The translations under genes were made by a program, and so were the position numbers. The notes under the pieces were generated by a model. The model was not told the DNA's origin. It made no database searches and saw nothing but the letters and a program-made list of their open reading frames with translations. A stretch of 63,981 bases of DNA, counting the filler, from Stramenopiles sp. TOSAG23-2 (taxonomy: Eukaryota): NCBI GenBank assembly GCA_900128395.1. It is 3 parts of 3 records of this genome, joined end to end, with 100 filler letters (N's around TTAATTAATTAA, not from the genome) between each part and the next. Parts side by side here need not be neighbours in the genome. Positions count along the whole stretch, not along the records: positions 1 to 23,226 come from LT649493.1; positions 23,327 to 46,549 come from LT649494.1; 1 more part is not named here. The stretch is one strand, 5' to 3'. This document shows positions 22,452 through 34,635 of this stretch, piece by piece (position 1 is the stretch's first letter; each line of letters opens with the position of its first letter).

Positions 22452-23226
22452 ATTTCTACACTTTTATATATTGTGTGTGTGTGTGTGTGTGTGTATATAC
22501 ATAATATGAAAGGTGATACTAATACAGTGTTGTATATTTTTTAATAATTTAATTCGTAGGAGATATATTTGTGTAGATAGTTGCCTTTTAAGTTTGTTCT
22601 ATATTGCCTTGTTTTAATCTATTGGCAACAATGTTGAAAGGTAATAAAGTTAAAGTAGTCCAGTAGTAGTATTAATAGTTGTTGTTGTAAAGTATAATAT
22701 AGTTGTTTAATTCTAATAACTTGGTATTTTATACAAGTACCACCAGGTGCTAGTACAGTGCTACAAACATACCTGGTGGTAGCTCACAGCTATTAATACA
22801 TACAGTATGTAGCTCTAATCTGGTAATTGGTAATATTATACTGGATTACGTACGTGCGTATACAGCACACACAAGCTGGAAATCTCAGCTTCCCTGCCTC
22901 GTGATCTATGTATCAAATTCTTTAAATTAAGTATATAAGTTCTTGAATATTTAAGTATAATAAAACTAACTTTAATCAGTATATTTTTTGCTATCTAAAT
23001 TAAAAATGATACTATACAGTACTATCTACTATCTAAATCTCCATTAAATATATTACAAGCATAATTAAAATAATAAGGTGCACAAAGTAAAATATTATAG
23101 ATCGGTCCTCTCTATTAGCACAAAAAGTGTTATACTGTCCTTGTCGGCTAAAACAGAAAGTACATATAACAAGAAACGAAATGGCATATTATTTTCCAAT
23201 AGTGTGCCGTTTTAATAATATTATTT

Positions 23227-23326
23227 NNNNNNNNNNNNNNNNNNNNNNNNNNNNNNNNNNNNNNNNNNNNTTAATTAATTAANNNNNNNNNNNNNNNNNN
23301 NNNNNNNNNNNNNNNNNNNNNNNNNN
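23227..23326. other. Artificial scaffold linker (44 N + TTAATTAATTAA + 44 N)
   Basis: Exactly 100 bp with an all-frame-stop core; identical in structure to 46550-46649. Confidence 0.97.
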
Positions 23327-23804
23327 TTCTATCTAAATCTTCTACAAATTAATTCGAAATAAGACACATCTCTTAACACATCTCTAAATGAAAGAAGCGC
23401 ATGAATATTTTGATCTAAATATGTTTTAAATGAAACTGACAAGGTATTGAATTTTTTTCAAAATGCATAGGCTGGACTAAAAATGAAAAATTTGAAAATT
23501 ACAAAAGGTAGTTTATTGGATATAAATATACATTATTTAACAAAATAAGTATCCACGATCAATTTTGATATACTTGGTAATAAATACACGAGGTACATTA
23601 ATATTTCTATATCAACTTCACATTTGAATAACCGTTAAAAGTTGAAAAAAACGCGTAACCCTATAGCTGTAACACTACTTGATAGGTGGTTTTCACTTAT
23701 AGTGTCGGCTCTGTCTTACACTAATTAGTACAAAAATATTATACTAAATTATTGATAGGTATCAATATTCCAAAAACGATATTTACAATTTATATAAAAA
23801 ATGA

Positions 23805-24306
23805 TATTTCCATCTAAAATATGATATTTTGTATGATTTCATATTTCATAGTATTTATATCTAATTGTAAGAAGATGATGAAATTGTTAAAATGACAATG
23901 TAATTTTTATATGTATTTTGTGTTTTTAATAATGGATATTTTGATAATTTAATGATTTTAATAGATTTTATAATTTATTTTAGTCATTTCTGTAAATTAA
24001 TAATTTATTTAAGTACAAATTTTAATGTAAAAATTTGATGCAAGAAATTCTGCTATATTTCCATCTAAAATATGATATTTTGTATGATTTCATATTTCAT
24101 AGTATTTATATCTAATTGTAAGAAGATGATGAAATTGTTAAAATGACGATGTAATTTTTACATGTTTTTTGTGTGTTAAAAATGGATATTTTCATAATTT
24201 AATGATTTCTATGAATTTTATAATTTATTTTAGTCATTTCGGTAAATTAATAATTTATTTAAGTACAAATTTTAATGTATAAATTTGATGCCAGAAATTC
24301 TGCTAT
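23805..24306. repeat. Diverged tandem repeat, 2 x ~251 bp, very AT-rich
   Basis: TATTTCCATCTAAAATATGATATTTTG...GAAATTCTGCTA starts at 23805 and again at 24056, with scattered substitutions. Confidence 0.9.
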
Positions 24307-24838
24307 CCCTAATTTCTGAAAACAAGAAATGTCAAAATTATTTTGCCAATTGATAGGAAAAATGGTATACTAGTGGAGCCTAAGTTTAAAAAGGTATTTT
24401 CAATGTTTTTCCTTTGTTTTCATGTAATGAAATGAAAAATCCATCATCATAACAATGAATTAGAAGAATTTAGGTTGAAAAATACGATTTTAATGAAATT
24501 TGATGGAAAATATGCGCGATGTAATGGTATTGCCTTTTTAGCACGTGCTTTCGCAGCTTTCGGCGCATTAATTTGAGTGAAACTGTTCCAATACTATGGA
24601 TATAGCACATAATGAAAAAAAAGACGCATTGCCACTTTGCAACAAGTGTGCTAGTGTGCCAGTGTGTATCTATCTCACATGATGATATGGCCATATACCT
24701 TTAACCATTATATAAACGTAAATATATATTTAATAGAGAAGTATATCAAAACATATCAAAATATATAATACAAACAATACAAAAACAACCTATACAAAAC
24801 AAATCAAATACATTATTGCATATATAAAATATAAAAAG

Positions 24839-24950
24839 ATGCAATTTTTAGTACCGCATAAAATGAATTTTGGTGATAACAGCAATATTATAAATGCACC
24901 AGTTGTTACATCAGAGCCAACAGAAGAAGTTTTCATAAAAAACAACAATC

Positions 24951-24987
<37 letters not shown>

Positions 24988-26415
24988 GTTACTTGCAACC
25001 TCGTCACAGGAAGAAAACTTTAATGAAAACAAAAAGAAAAACAAGGATGTCATACCACGTCAGCGACAAGGATCACCATTATCTAGTTTGAATGAAAAGA
25101 AAGCATCACCAACCGTAGCTAGCATACGATCTAATAGTTCACAAAAAGGTTTGAAGCGTAGTGCAGAAAGATTTCTAGACGACACTTCCACATCATACAC
25201 TCCACATTCATATGACACTGGTGGCAACAACAATGTCAGTAACGACGACAGTATACGATCCATTGAAGGTGATATCAGAAGGCAACGTGTACGTAGAAGG
25301 ACAACAATTGTATCACCAGTAACACTTGAATTCCATAGCAGTAACAACAATAGCAGCAGTCACATGATAACTCCACCATCCTCAAATATGGTAGGAAATA
25401 ATGAGGTCGCTCCTCTGGATAATCAACATCAAACGCCAACATATGCAGGGCAACAAAATTTTGAAGCGGAAGATGGTATCCTTACATCTCCAGTAATAAT
25501 GAAGGAAATAATGAGGTCGCTCCTCTGGATAATCAACATCAAACGCCAACATATGCAGGGCAACAAAATTTTGAAGCGGAAGATGGTATCCTTACATCTC
25601 CAGTAATAATGAATAACAGCAATGATGCTGATAATGAAACGAAAGAAGATGATGATAGCAATAGTGATCACGTGGAGGAAGAGATGAGTGCAGAAGATGC
25701 AGAAGCGGCTTCGTTAAGACTTGCCATGCAATTACAGGAGCAAGAAAGTATGATGGTTTATCAACAAATGCAACAAATGCAAGCAGCGATGGCACAATCT
25801 GCAGCAGAAGCTCGTGCAAATGGTGAAGGTGATGGGGAAGAAGAAGATAGTGATCTAATGTATGCGTTAGAACTTGCAAGACAAGAACAAATAATGGGGG
25901 AACAACAACAAGTAGAACAAGGGGAGGAGGGAGAATCATTCGATTCAGAAGATATGGATTATGAACAATTACTTGCATTGGGCGAACGTATCGGGGATGT
26001 GGCTCAAGATCGTTGGAGACTTAGCGCACCTGAAAAAATTGCAGCGTTACCAACTACGAAGGTAACCAAGGAATACATAGAAAAAGCAGAAGGAAATGAT
26101 GGAATGTGTCAAGTTTGTCAATGTGATTATGAGGAAGGCGAAGAGATGAAAATTTTACCTTGTAAACATCATTTTCATAGTGAATGCATCGATCGTTGGC
26201 TTCAAGATCATCCAACTTGTTGTATATGTAAAAAAAGCATAATAGCAGATGAGGAAGATGATAATGTAAAACAAAGTGCTGATAATACAATTAGCTCAAC
26301 GAGTGATAGCAGTCATAATAGTAGTAGCACAGCAAACACAAATACCCATAATTTAACACCGGAAGGGACAACAATAAATAATAATACACGCTTACATCGA
26401 ACCCCTTCTTCGTAA
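24839..26415 (+). CDS. RING-H2 E3 ubiquitin ligase (BIG BROTHER-related type) with UIM-like motifs, split by a 110-bp duplication
   Basis: DMDYEQLLALGERIGDV and CQVCQ...LPCKHHFHSECIDRWL...CCICK. Removing one copy of the 25394/25504 duplicate joins both ORFs in frame (ILTSPVIMNNSND). Confidence 0.85.
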
Positions 26416-26906
26416 AGAGAAATGTTTCAAGGCAATTAGAAACTTTGTAGAGAGAGATTAGAAAAATGTACCTATCATATTTTTTATTTTTTAGCGAGTA
26501 AAAATAAAATTTGTTGTACCGAAGTAATACTTCGTACGTCATATTTAAAAAAAATGCTTTTTTTACTTAAATATAATTAATGTGAAAAATGTACTTTACG
26601 GTGATCGTATATTATATTACGAACGCTTTGTAATTGATAAAATATAATATAATATAATATATAATATACGTATTTATGCATTAATTGACGTATTTACGAC
26701 GTAATTATTATTTTTAAATTTACGCACATAATTTATTAATGTGTGATATCAATATCGATCTCATAAATAATAAATTAACATTTTTATAAAGATCCAGAAA
26801 TACACACACACACACACAGATATGCATACATACATGTACATACATACATTACATAAATACATACGCGTGTACGATCCTGTACGCACACCTAATTTCTTCC
26901 ATCTTC

Positions 26907-29900
26907 TTACAACTGTAAATTACCATCATCATCAACACTTGCATCATCAACTTCATCATCATCAACAAGATCCAGTACTTCTTCATCGACCTTCACATTA
27001 CCATTGTTAACTTCTTCTATTTCTTCATCTTCTTGTTTCGCTATCTTGTTTGCCTCTTCATTTTTTGCATCATCCTTTTCAACATCATTTGCCTCATCAC
27101 CTCCACCTTCATTATCTTTATTTTCTTTATCAATTACAACATACTCCTTTTCATTTTCTGTTTTTCCTACCTTTACTTTACGTTTTGCTAAAGTTTGACG
27201 CATTTTCAACAACTTTTTCGATGCAAGAGATGGCTTTTTATCTTTTGCATTATCAACAGCTCCTTCTGGAATATTCAATGTCCTAGCTGACCGATGATTT
27301 TGTCTTGCTTTCAATAAATTGCTAGATATACCTTGACCTTTCTTCCATTTCTTTTTTTTCCTTCTAGACCGACGTTTTTCACGCTTACTTTCATGTGTAC
27401 GTTCTAAATACGATTGATCATATACCTGTCTCTCAACACATGATATTCTCCATCTTTTAACCATCTCGCTCTTTTCATCTTTGACACGATGAGCATCTAG
27501 AACAAGTCTAAAGATACCTTTGGTACGTGCAATTCTACCATCGCGATGATTGTAAAGATCAGATTGAAACGCAAATGCGCGTTGACAATGTCTACAGACT
27601 GCACAAGGTTTATAGACAGCACGATAACGTGAAATTGCGCTTCTCCTTGCATGTCGTTTACTTTGCCCCATTATCGTTTTTTTAGCAATATCTTTGTATT
27701 TATTGGATGTCATTGTTTTCAAAAATTTAGAATTTGCTAGTTTTCTTTTTGCACGGGCATACACTTCCTTATTCATACTTGCTAATGATATTGATGATTT
27801 TGCAAATTTGTCTCTTTTTTCATTTGTTTCTGTTATTGGCCATCCATTCAATGTTGCATACCATGCATATACAGTTTCAAATGTTACATAGAAATATGGT
27901 GATAAATTCTTACGGAAACCATGCGGTATACTATCATCCATGATCAACGATAGCTCTTCAAATTCCTCCGGTACCATGGGAATGCATAATTCCTCTTCAA
28001 TAAATTTTCTAAACGTTGCCCTGTCTAAACGCCCAGTTCGCATGATATCATAATTTGAAAATATAGATGCAAAACGTGCTTTCCTCAATTTAAACTTAGA
28101 TGCACCCCACCACCACAGCCAAAATCGTTTTTTACGATATTGACGCTGTTGATTTGCAAGTCTTTTTGCAACTGAATTAATTATTACTTTTCCATTTTTT
28201 GTTGTTAAAAATTCATCAATAGTATCCAATGTATTTTCTTCAACGTATTCAATAAACTCCTGCTCATTTTCTACACGTTCGACTTCGTCCTCTGTTCGTT
28301 CTATTACCATTTGTGTAACTTCTTTTTTCGACTCTTTACGTCGCATAGCTGCTTGTAGCAATAAAATGGATTTATAATATTTTTTATAATTTCTACGAGC
28401 ACGTATAACGCGGAAAACTTTTTGAACTTTTGTAGACGCTTTTGTTTCTTTATGTATTCGCCATTTTCTAGCCCAGACAAAGCAGCGATAGTATTTTTGT
28501 ATAATAATACCAGCATTTCGTTTTTTTGTTATACGATTCATAAAGCATCCTAATTTGACTACATATCGCAATACGCGTATACGTAATTTAGCTAATTTCC
28601 AACATCTACGTCGCCACCACCCTCTCATCATTTTTTGTATCTCAATAGCTGCTAATCCATGTTCTTTGTCTAACTTTAAATCATATAATTTCCACATAGC
28701 TATACGACGTCGTACCATGCATTGCATTTTGACGATTGATATTTTCATTAATTTTAAATGTTCACGCCATATCATACCACGTGCTCTCTTCGCAATCTTA
28801 CTCTGTGCAATACTTTCTCGCTTTCGTTTTCGGTGCACTGCTAGTCTTATTGCATGTCCACGATACAAACGTTGCAATATAATAATATGTTTACTACGAT
28901 ATTTGTGACGAACTCGATATTGTTTTTGTATAATAAGCGCATTTTTATTTGCACGACTTCTTGCATCAGAGATACCTTCTCCCTCCTTTAAATCCATATA
29001 ATGCCAAAATGCAAATAATGGTGCTTCATGTGATGCAAGTTCACGATACATTGGATCATATAATTTCGACCGTGGTACTTTATGATTATAAAATGGTATA
29101 CGCCATGATTTTGGATTAGCGAAAAAAATCCAATCAGTAGTATACGATGGACCATATAAATATGTTCTAGATTTATGGGGCAAACGATCTATACAACGAT
29201 TATATAACATTTTTGCACTTGGATGGGATGGGTTTAATTTTAAAATTTTTCGTAAATTATCTGTACATTTCAACATTAAATCTTGACTTTGCTCCGTTTC
29301 AGTATTTTTTTTATGATTACGTAAATACATGCTTTGTCTATATAAAGCAGAACATAAATCCCATCTTAATTCATTTTCTCGTTCAATCCATATCTCGTGT
29401 TGTACATTGGTATTGTTATTATTAGTATTATTATTGTTATTATTCGTTTCTGGATTTGTATTATTATTATTATTATTATTATTTTCTATTGCAACTAGTT
29501 CTTGAGTTGTATTATTACTATTATTCTTATTATTTACATTGATTAATTTTTCATATTCTTCTTTTCGCTTTATCTCCGCTCCATCTACCTGGATACTTAA
29601 TATATAAATCATATTGTCTAAATTTCTACGTTCTTCTTCATCATAACTTGGATGATCTTTCGGTAAGCGTGTTGGGCTTGGATTTGGTTTACACATTTGA
29701 TACCACTCTGGTCGTTTATATTTTGGTTTTGGTTTGAAATGTTTAGTCGGTACATAAATAGTTCCCATTGCAACTTTTGTTAACGGATCTGGTGCATCTT
29801 CTTTTTCCCAATCACTATCATCATCTGTTGGATAATGAAAATCAAATGATAATTCACTTTCTGATCGCGGTGTATCTATTGGTGTTAATGGATGATGGTG

Positions 29901-30005
29901 TTTATGAAGATTTTTTTCTTTTCTAGGTTTATTTAATAATAATGGATTTGCATCTTCTACATACGAGACTAACGATTCTAACTCTGACATGGCATCATCA
30001 TCCAT
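26907..30005 (-). CDS. IQ-motif calmodulin-binding protein with an EF-hand-like region and a C2H2-like finger
   Basis: Multiple IQxxxRG motifs (IQKMMRGW, LQRLYRGH), EF-like FSNYDIMRTGRLDRATF, and CRHCQRAF...YNH. Likely start is MDDDAMSE at 30005, not the ORF-track start. Confidence 0.75.
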   Translation of the reverse strand: MDDDAMSELESLVSYVEDANPLLLNKPRKEKNLHKHHHPLTPIDTPRSESELSFDFHYPTDDDSDWEKEDAPDPLTKVAMGTIYVPTKHFKPKPKYKRPEWYQMCKPNPSPTRLPKDHPSYDEEERRNLDNMIYILSIQVDGAEIKRKEEYEKLINVNNKNNSNNTTQELVAIENNNNNNNNTNPETNNNNNNTNNNNTNVQHEIWIERENELRWDLCSALYRQSMYLRNHKKNTETEQSQDLMLKCTDNLRKILKLNPSHPSAKMLYNRCIDRLPHKSRTYLYGPSYTTDWIFFANPKSWRIPFYNHKVPRSKLYDPMYRELASHEAPLFAFWHYMDLKEGEGISDARSRANKNALIIQKQYRVRHKYRSKHIIILQRLYRGHAIRLAVHRKRKRESIAQSKIAKRARGMIWREHLKLMKISIVKMQCMVRRRIAMWKLYDLKLDKEHGLAAIEIQKMMRGWWRRRCWKLAKLRIRVLRYVVKLGCFMNRITKKRNAGIIIQKYYRCFVWARKWRIHKETKASTKVQKVFRVIRARRNYKKYYKSILLLQAAMRRKESKKEVTQMVIERTEDEVERVENEQEFIEYVEENTLDTIDEFLTTKNGKVIINSVAKRLANQQRQYRKKRFWLWWWGASKFKLRKARFASIFSNYDIMRTGRLDRATFRKFIEEELCIPMVPEEFEELSLIMDDSIPHGFRKNLSPYFYVTFETVYAWYATLNGWPITETNEKRDKFAKSSISLASMNKEVYARAKRKLANSKFLKTMTSNKYKDIAKKTIMGQSKRHARRSAISRYRAVYKPCAVCRHCQRAFAFQSDLYNHRDGRIARTKGIFRLVLDAHRVKDEKSEMVKRWRISCVERQVYDQSYLERTHESKREKRRSRRKKKKWKKGQGISSNLLKARQNHRSARTLNIPEGAVDNAKDKKPSLASKKLLKMRQTLAKRKVKVGKTENEKEYVVIDKENKDNEGGGDEANDVEKDDAKNEEANKIAKQEDEEIEEVNNGNVKVDEEVLDLVDDDEVDDASVDDDGNLQL

Positions 30006-30672
30006 TGTATATATATAGATTTTATTTACAAGTTTTTTTTTCCCTTTTTTAACTAAATATATTAATAATATGTTTTGTAGATGATGATGATGGTAACATA
30101 GGATGTTGATATATCCACTGGTTTGTATATACAATAAATATAAATATATATTGTATTTCTACATATATATATAATAAATATATATAATAAAAAAATGAAA
30201 CTTCGCGCAACAATTATTAGCAATTGTCTGTACTGGTACAGGTAATAGCTACTGTAGTATAATTAGTAATATAGTAATATGTTTTTTTCTTCCTGTGCCA
30301 ATTGCAACGTTATTAAGGCATCAATGTAATCAAAAAGTGTCTCATACTTTTTTTAAAATATTATAACTATGAATTTTGGTATACTATAACATTCCAATCT
30401 GACCAAAAATTTGATTTTTTCTCCCTTGCGACGAGGCTCTTGCGTAAGGCAGGGAGACCTGCCCAAACTGGCAAAGGCCTGGATTCGAACAAAATAAAAG
30501 TTATTATAGGATCTGGGGGATGTAACATCGGTAGAAACAAAATTAAGATATTGTTCATACTTGAATTTATAAAGAATTAGAATTACTTGATTGATTCATT
30601 AATTATTAAATTGTTTAAATACGTATACTGTGTGTTTTACATTTTTTTTTGTTTTTTAGTAATTAGCAGAGC

Positions 30673-30813
30673 ATGACAAAGGAAGTAATTGATCATACAG
30701 AACAAGTTTGGAATTCCTTATTAATTGCGGTTGGTATTATGGCATTAATCATTTTACCGCAATATTTTTTTACACTAACAACACCGAAAAGATATACTAA
30801 AAAAAACGACTGA
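30673..30813 (+). CDS. Putative 46-aa single-TM microprotein (not in the ORF track)
   Basis: MTKEVIDHTEQVWNSLLIAVGIMALIILPQYFFTLTTPKRYTKKND*: ATG to TGA, with a hydrophobic core and basic tail. Confidence 0.55.
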   Translation: MTKEVIDHTEQVWNSLLIAVGIMALIILPQYFFTLTTPKRYTKKND

Positions 30814-30899
30814 AAAAAAAAAAACAAAGAAGAAGACCGATTAATAACATTAACGTACAAGAGACATACAATTAAAAGAAAAGAGATATTTATATCACA

Positions 30900-31583
30900 A
30901 TGTCACCTACCGTATACGACTTGTTACGTGGCGCTTTATTTTGGATTATGTTTTATTTTGTTTCAAAATTTATAAGAGAGTGGTGGTATAATACCATCAA
31001 ACCAAAACCAAATCATATGTCCAAGAAAAAAAAGATTAGCGGCGAGAAAGACAAGGGTAATGATTCTAATGCTTTAATGAAAATGATTGAAAAGCAACAA
31101 GATGGTGGCATTGATATTAAAGCGACCGGAAATAAAACAGAACATTATTCATGGATTCAAACTTCAGAAGATGTAGAAGTAAAAATTCCGTTAGAACCAC
31201 TTTTTGATGAAGTGACGAAACATGATATACAAATTAGTATACAATATAATTTTTTAAAAGTAATAATAAAAGATAAAACGATAATGAACGATTTTACATA
31301 TGACGCATTAGATACAGAGGAATGTACGTGGACAGTTGAATCATTGAAAGATGATAATGATGATGATGTTAATAAAAGCAACACTAGTATGGAGAAAAAA
31401 TATTTATTTTTATATTTAAGAAAAAAATATGAAACCAAAGGGAAGGATAATTGGAATTGTGTTTTAAAACATGAAAAAAATAAAATTGATAATAGCTATT
31501 TAGGTGCACCAGTCAGTATACTTGATCCTAATGATCCTGATAGTATGAAAAATATTGTACAAAGTTTAAGAAGACGAGGTTAG
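30900..31583 (+). CDS. CS/p23 (NudC-like) domain protein with an N-terminal TM anchor
   Basis: YSWIQTSEDVEVKIP...DIQISI...ECTWTVE...LYLRK...W fits the NudC CS domain. Confidence 0.8.
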   Translation: MSPTVYDLLRGALFWIMFYFVSKFIREWWYNTIKPKPNHMSKKKKISGEKDKGNDSNALMKMIEKQQDGGIDIKATGNKTEHYSWIQTSEDVEVKIPLEPLFDEVTKHDIQISIQYNFLKVIIKDKTIMNDFTYDALDTEECTWTVESLKDDNDDDVNKSNTSMEKKYLFLYLRKKYETKGKDNWNCVLKHEKNKIDNSYLGAPVSILDPNDPDSMKNIVQSLRRRG

Positions 31584-31911
31584 AAAGACCAAACAGAAGG
31601 GAGTGTTTTATCTCTAGCCCGCTTTATCTAAAAAAATATGTAAAATATATTTATATGCATATTTTTTCTATAAAAATATTGTACAAAGTTTAAGAAGACG
31701 AGGTTAGAAAGACCAAACAGAAGGGATTGTTTTATCTCTAGCCCGCTTTATCTAAAAAAATATGTAAAATATATTTATATGCATATTTTTTCTATTTTAC
31801 ATGATAGAATTTTACGTATAAAAATTATGTGATTATCATACACCCAAAACGAATACGAAGTAAAATAAACACACACACACACACACTTTTGCAACTGCTG
31901 CATTTCCTCTT

Positions 31912-34050
31912 TCATGACAATACAACTTTTACTTTCTCTAAATTGTACCAATTATTGATATATTCTACATATCCACCATCCTTCAATAATCCTTCATATA
32001 TCATTTTATATGCCTCATATAATTCATTGGATACCATTGCTCTTGCTTTTTTTCTTAAATTTGAATCGTCAATTCTATTTAAATGGGTTGGATCTAATGA
32101 GGCCAACGCTTCATTTAATTTTAACATCTTCATATTTAAAGTTGCACCATCCATACCTTCAACAGAGGATACTGCACCAGATGTTGACAACCCAGCTTTT
32201 TGCATGCTTTCAATGGTACTATCAATGTCTTTTATAATTTGTAATGCTTTAATCAAATCGCATCCTTGTAAACACGTTTTCACTTGATATACGATCAAAG
32301 TTTCCATCCAACTTACTATTTGTTGTTCCAAGGAACTAGACCATTTTTTAGCAAACTTGTATGATGAAACACACAACCTTATCACATTTAGATTGTTCAT
32401 CATAAATACAGCCGTGTCCATATCATCTAAATGTTGTGAAGCAACTGTACATATATGACGCATCGGTTCAATCATCGACGTTAAAACGTCGGAAAAAATA
32501 GAGTTTTTAACATTTTCTGGAACAATGGATTGGTTATGAATTGTGCACATTTTCTTTAATTTTGATGCTGAATCGACAATTGGTGATACAACAGAAAGGT
32601 TTGTTGCAAAGGATGGTAAGTTTTCTCGTATATCATTTGCATATTTTTCTAATGAAACTTTAAAATGTTTTTGTGCTTTCACAGAACAATTTTCAAGCCC
32701 TTCAATAAATTTACACGATGGCGATAATAAATTGCGCAATGTATACAAATAAAATGACAGGACATCAATAATTTGAAAAATGCTAACCATATCATGAGTT
32801 TGACTTATTGATTGAATTATTCTAGATGATAAGGGTCTTGTCAATCCATTGAATATATTCGATAATGCATTTTTACGACTATATGCAGCTACTGCAGTAC
32901 TATCAAAATCGTTGTTCATATTCTCATTTCCATTAACATTATTATTATCATTTTTGCTGTTATCATTCTTATTATCATCATCTTCCACCAAATTAGTCAA
33001 AACATCTGTCTCTGTAGCAATTGATACATGTACCCATGCAAGCATATCGCTTAAATATCGAAAAACATCATGTGCATGCAATTCAATAGGACGAGAATTA
33101 CCATTTGGTCCACTGCTCCCGCGAGTCAACGCAACTATGAAACGTCTGCGTAAAGAAATTTGCCTAGTTTTAATGACAATTTGTACACAATCATTATAAT
33201 ACTCCGGACGATCTCGAAGTAGATTCAAAGCACGGCGTGTAATTATCATACCTTTTGCACCACTGCTACCATTATTAGTTGACAAGGATTGAATTTTTTT
33301 ATCAGAATATCCATCGCCAAGATTCTCACAATATTCTTTTACCCATTCATATAATCTTGCATAAACCACTTCTTGGACAGATGTTAACTCTTCCAAAGTT
33401 TCCAAACTTGCACGTTGAAATACACTTCCTAACAATGTTGAACTATTTTTTCGAATACGATTTAATTTTTCAACTGTTTGAAAAAATTTCATCCCACCAT
33501 CACTTTCACGTAATGGTTCATGCCGTAGCAGTTGGAGTTCCTCTCTTGATAATTGATAATTTGTTAAAAAATCATCTACTAATCCTTGTCGTTTTAATAG
33601 ATCTTCTTTTTCATCCTGAAGTTTTCGAGATTGCTTCATAAAAACAGCCGTAGTTCCTTCAGCATGTGTTATTTGTTTTTCTATATTTTGACAAGTATCA
33701 TCTAATGACTGTACAGTATTATATATATTTTCCAACCTATTTTTAAGTGGTTCAAAATGTTCTAAAAATTCTTTAATATTATTTAAGCCTTGTTCTTGTA
33801 AATTTTCACGTAAATTTCTACGTTCTTCAATTGTATTATTTATTTCATAATTGTCGTCTTCGAGTTTCTTATTATTTATAAAAAGCGGTTCATCAGCAAT
33901 ATTATTCTCAGAAATATCACCATCATCATGATTACTTTCCTCACCTTTACCATAAAATTCTGCAACCGCATCTAGTGCTTTTCTAAAATCTGGACCATCA
34001 AAACCATTATTTAAGACTGCCTCTAATTTTTTCTTTGTAATAATAGACAT
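31912..34050 (-). CDS. COG6: Conserved oligomeric Golgi complex subunit 6
   Basis: RRNLRENL, RRFIVALTRG...RPIELHAHDVFRYLSDMLAWVH (COG6 signature), and FMMNNL. Confidence 0.93.
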   Translation of the reverse strand: MSIITKKKLEAVLNNGFDGPDFRKALDAVAEFYGKGEESNHDDGDISENNIADEPLFINNKKLEDDNYEINNTIEERRNLRENLQEQGLNNIKEFLEHFEPLKNRLENIYNTVQSLDDTCQNIEKQITHAEGTTAVFMKQSRKLQDEKEDLLKRQGLVDDFLTNYQLSREELQLLRHEPLRESDGGMKFFQTVEKLNRIRKNSSTLLGSVFQRASLETLEELTSVQEVVYARLYEWVKEYCENLGDGYSDKKIQSLSTNNGSSGAKGMIITRRALNLLRDRPEYYNDCVQIVIKTRQISLRRRFIVALTRGSSGPNGNSRPIELHAHDVFRYLSDMLAWVHVSIATETDVLTNLVEDDDNKNDNSKNDNNNVNGNENMNNDFDSTAVAAYSRKNALSNIFNGLTRPLSSRIIQSISQTHDMVSIFQIIDVLSFYLYTLRNLLSPSCKFIEGLENCSVKAQKHFKVSLEKYANDIRENLPSFATNLSVVSPIVDSASKLKKMCTIHNQSIVPENVKNSIFSDVLTSMIEPMRHICTVASQHLDDMDTAVFMMNNLNVIRLCVSSYKFAKKWSSSLEQQIVSWMETLIVYQVKTCLQGCDLIKALQIIKDIDSTIESMQKAGLSTSGAVSSVEGMDGATLNMKMLKLNEALASLDPTHLNRIDDSNLRKKARAMVSNELYEAYKMIYEGLLKDGGYVEYINNWYNLEKVKVVLS

Positions 34051-34635
34051 TGGAATACTACTAGTAAAACTTTTATGTATACCGCGTTTATAGTTCTGTC
34101 TTGTATGTATTGATAATTGTTCTGGATTGGAGGGTCTGCCTTTGTTTTAAACTTTGTTTTCTTTTTGTATAATATCATCAATCACATCAATTTACATATA
34201 TGTATTAAAATAATTGAAATCCTAAATCATGATGATTCAATTCATTCATTTTTTTCTTCTTCATGCACTCCTCATGTGCTCATCAGTCAGTGTTTTTTCA
34301 TCCCTCATTGTTTCAGCCACTAGCATATATACAGCACCACCATCTTCAAAACCTTAATGTGGTATTATTATGTTGTTCATTGTTCATAATTTAATAATAT
34401 AAATTCTAAATATTTATCGTAGTCTGCGTCGTCAGACTCTTTCCGGATAATATTATTTTTACGTCCTACCACAACAACCACCCTTTCTTCATATGAAAAA
34501 GATAGATGCATAGATAAATTTGACAGACACAGCTGGACAGATAAATGTTGTTTATTAAAAAAGAACAAATATCAACATATATATTGTAAAAAAAACATAT
34601 TACGTTTCGACCACAGCAAGCTGCAAATTGTAAAC

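Noticed and set aside
23271-23282. TTAATTAATTAA palindrome within N runs (also 46594-46605)
   Set aside because: Artificial concatenation linker; genes on either side are not neighbours.
30400-30530. tRNA or U5 snRNA call from GTTCGAATCC and GCCTTAC
   Set aside because: The T-stem does not pair and there is no cloverleaf; U5 loop 1 needs GCCTTTTAC. Kept only as an unnamed candidate.
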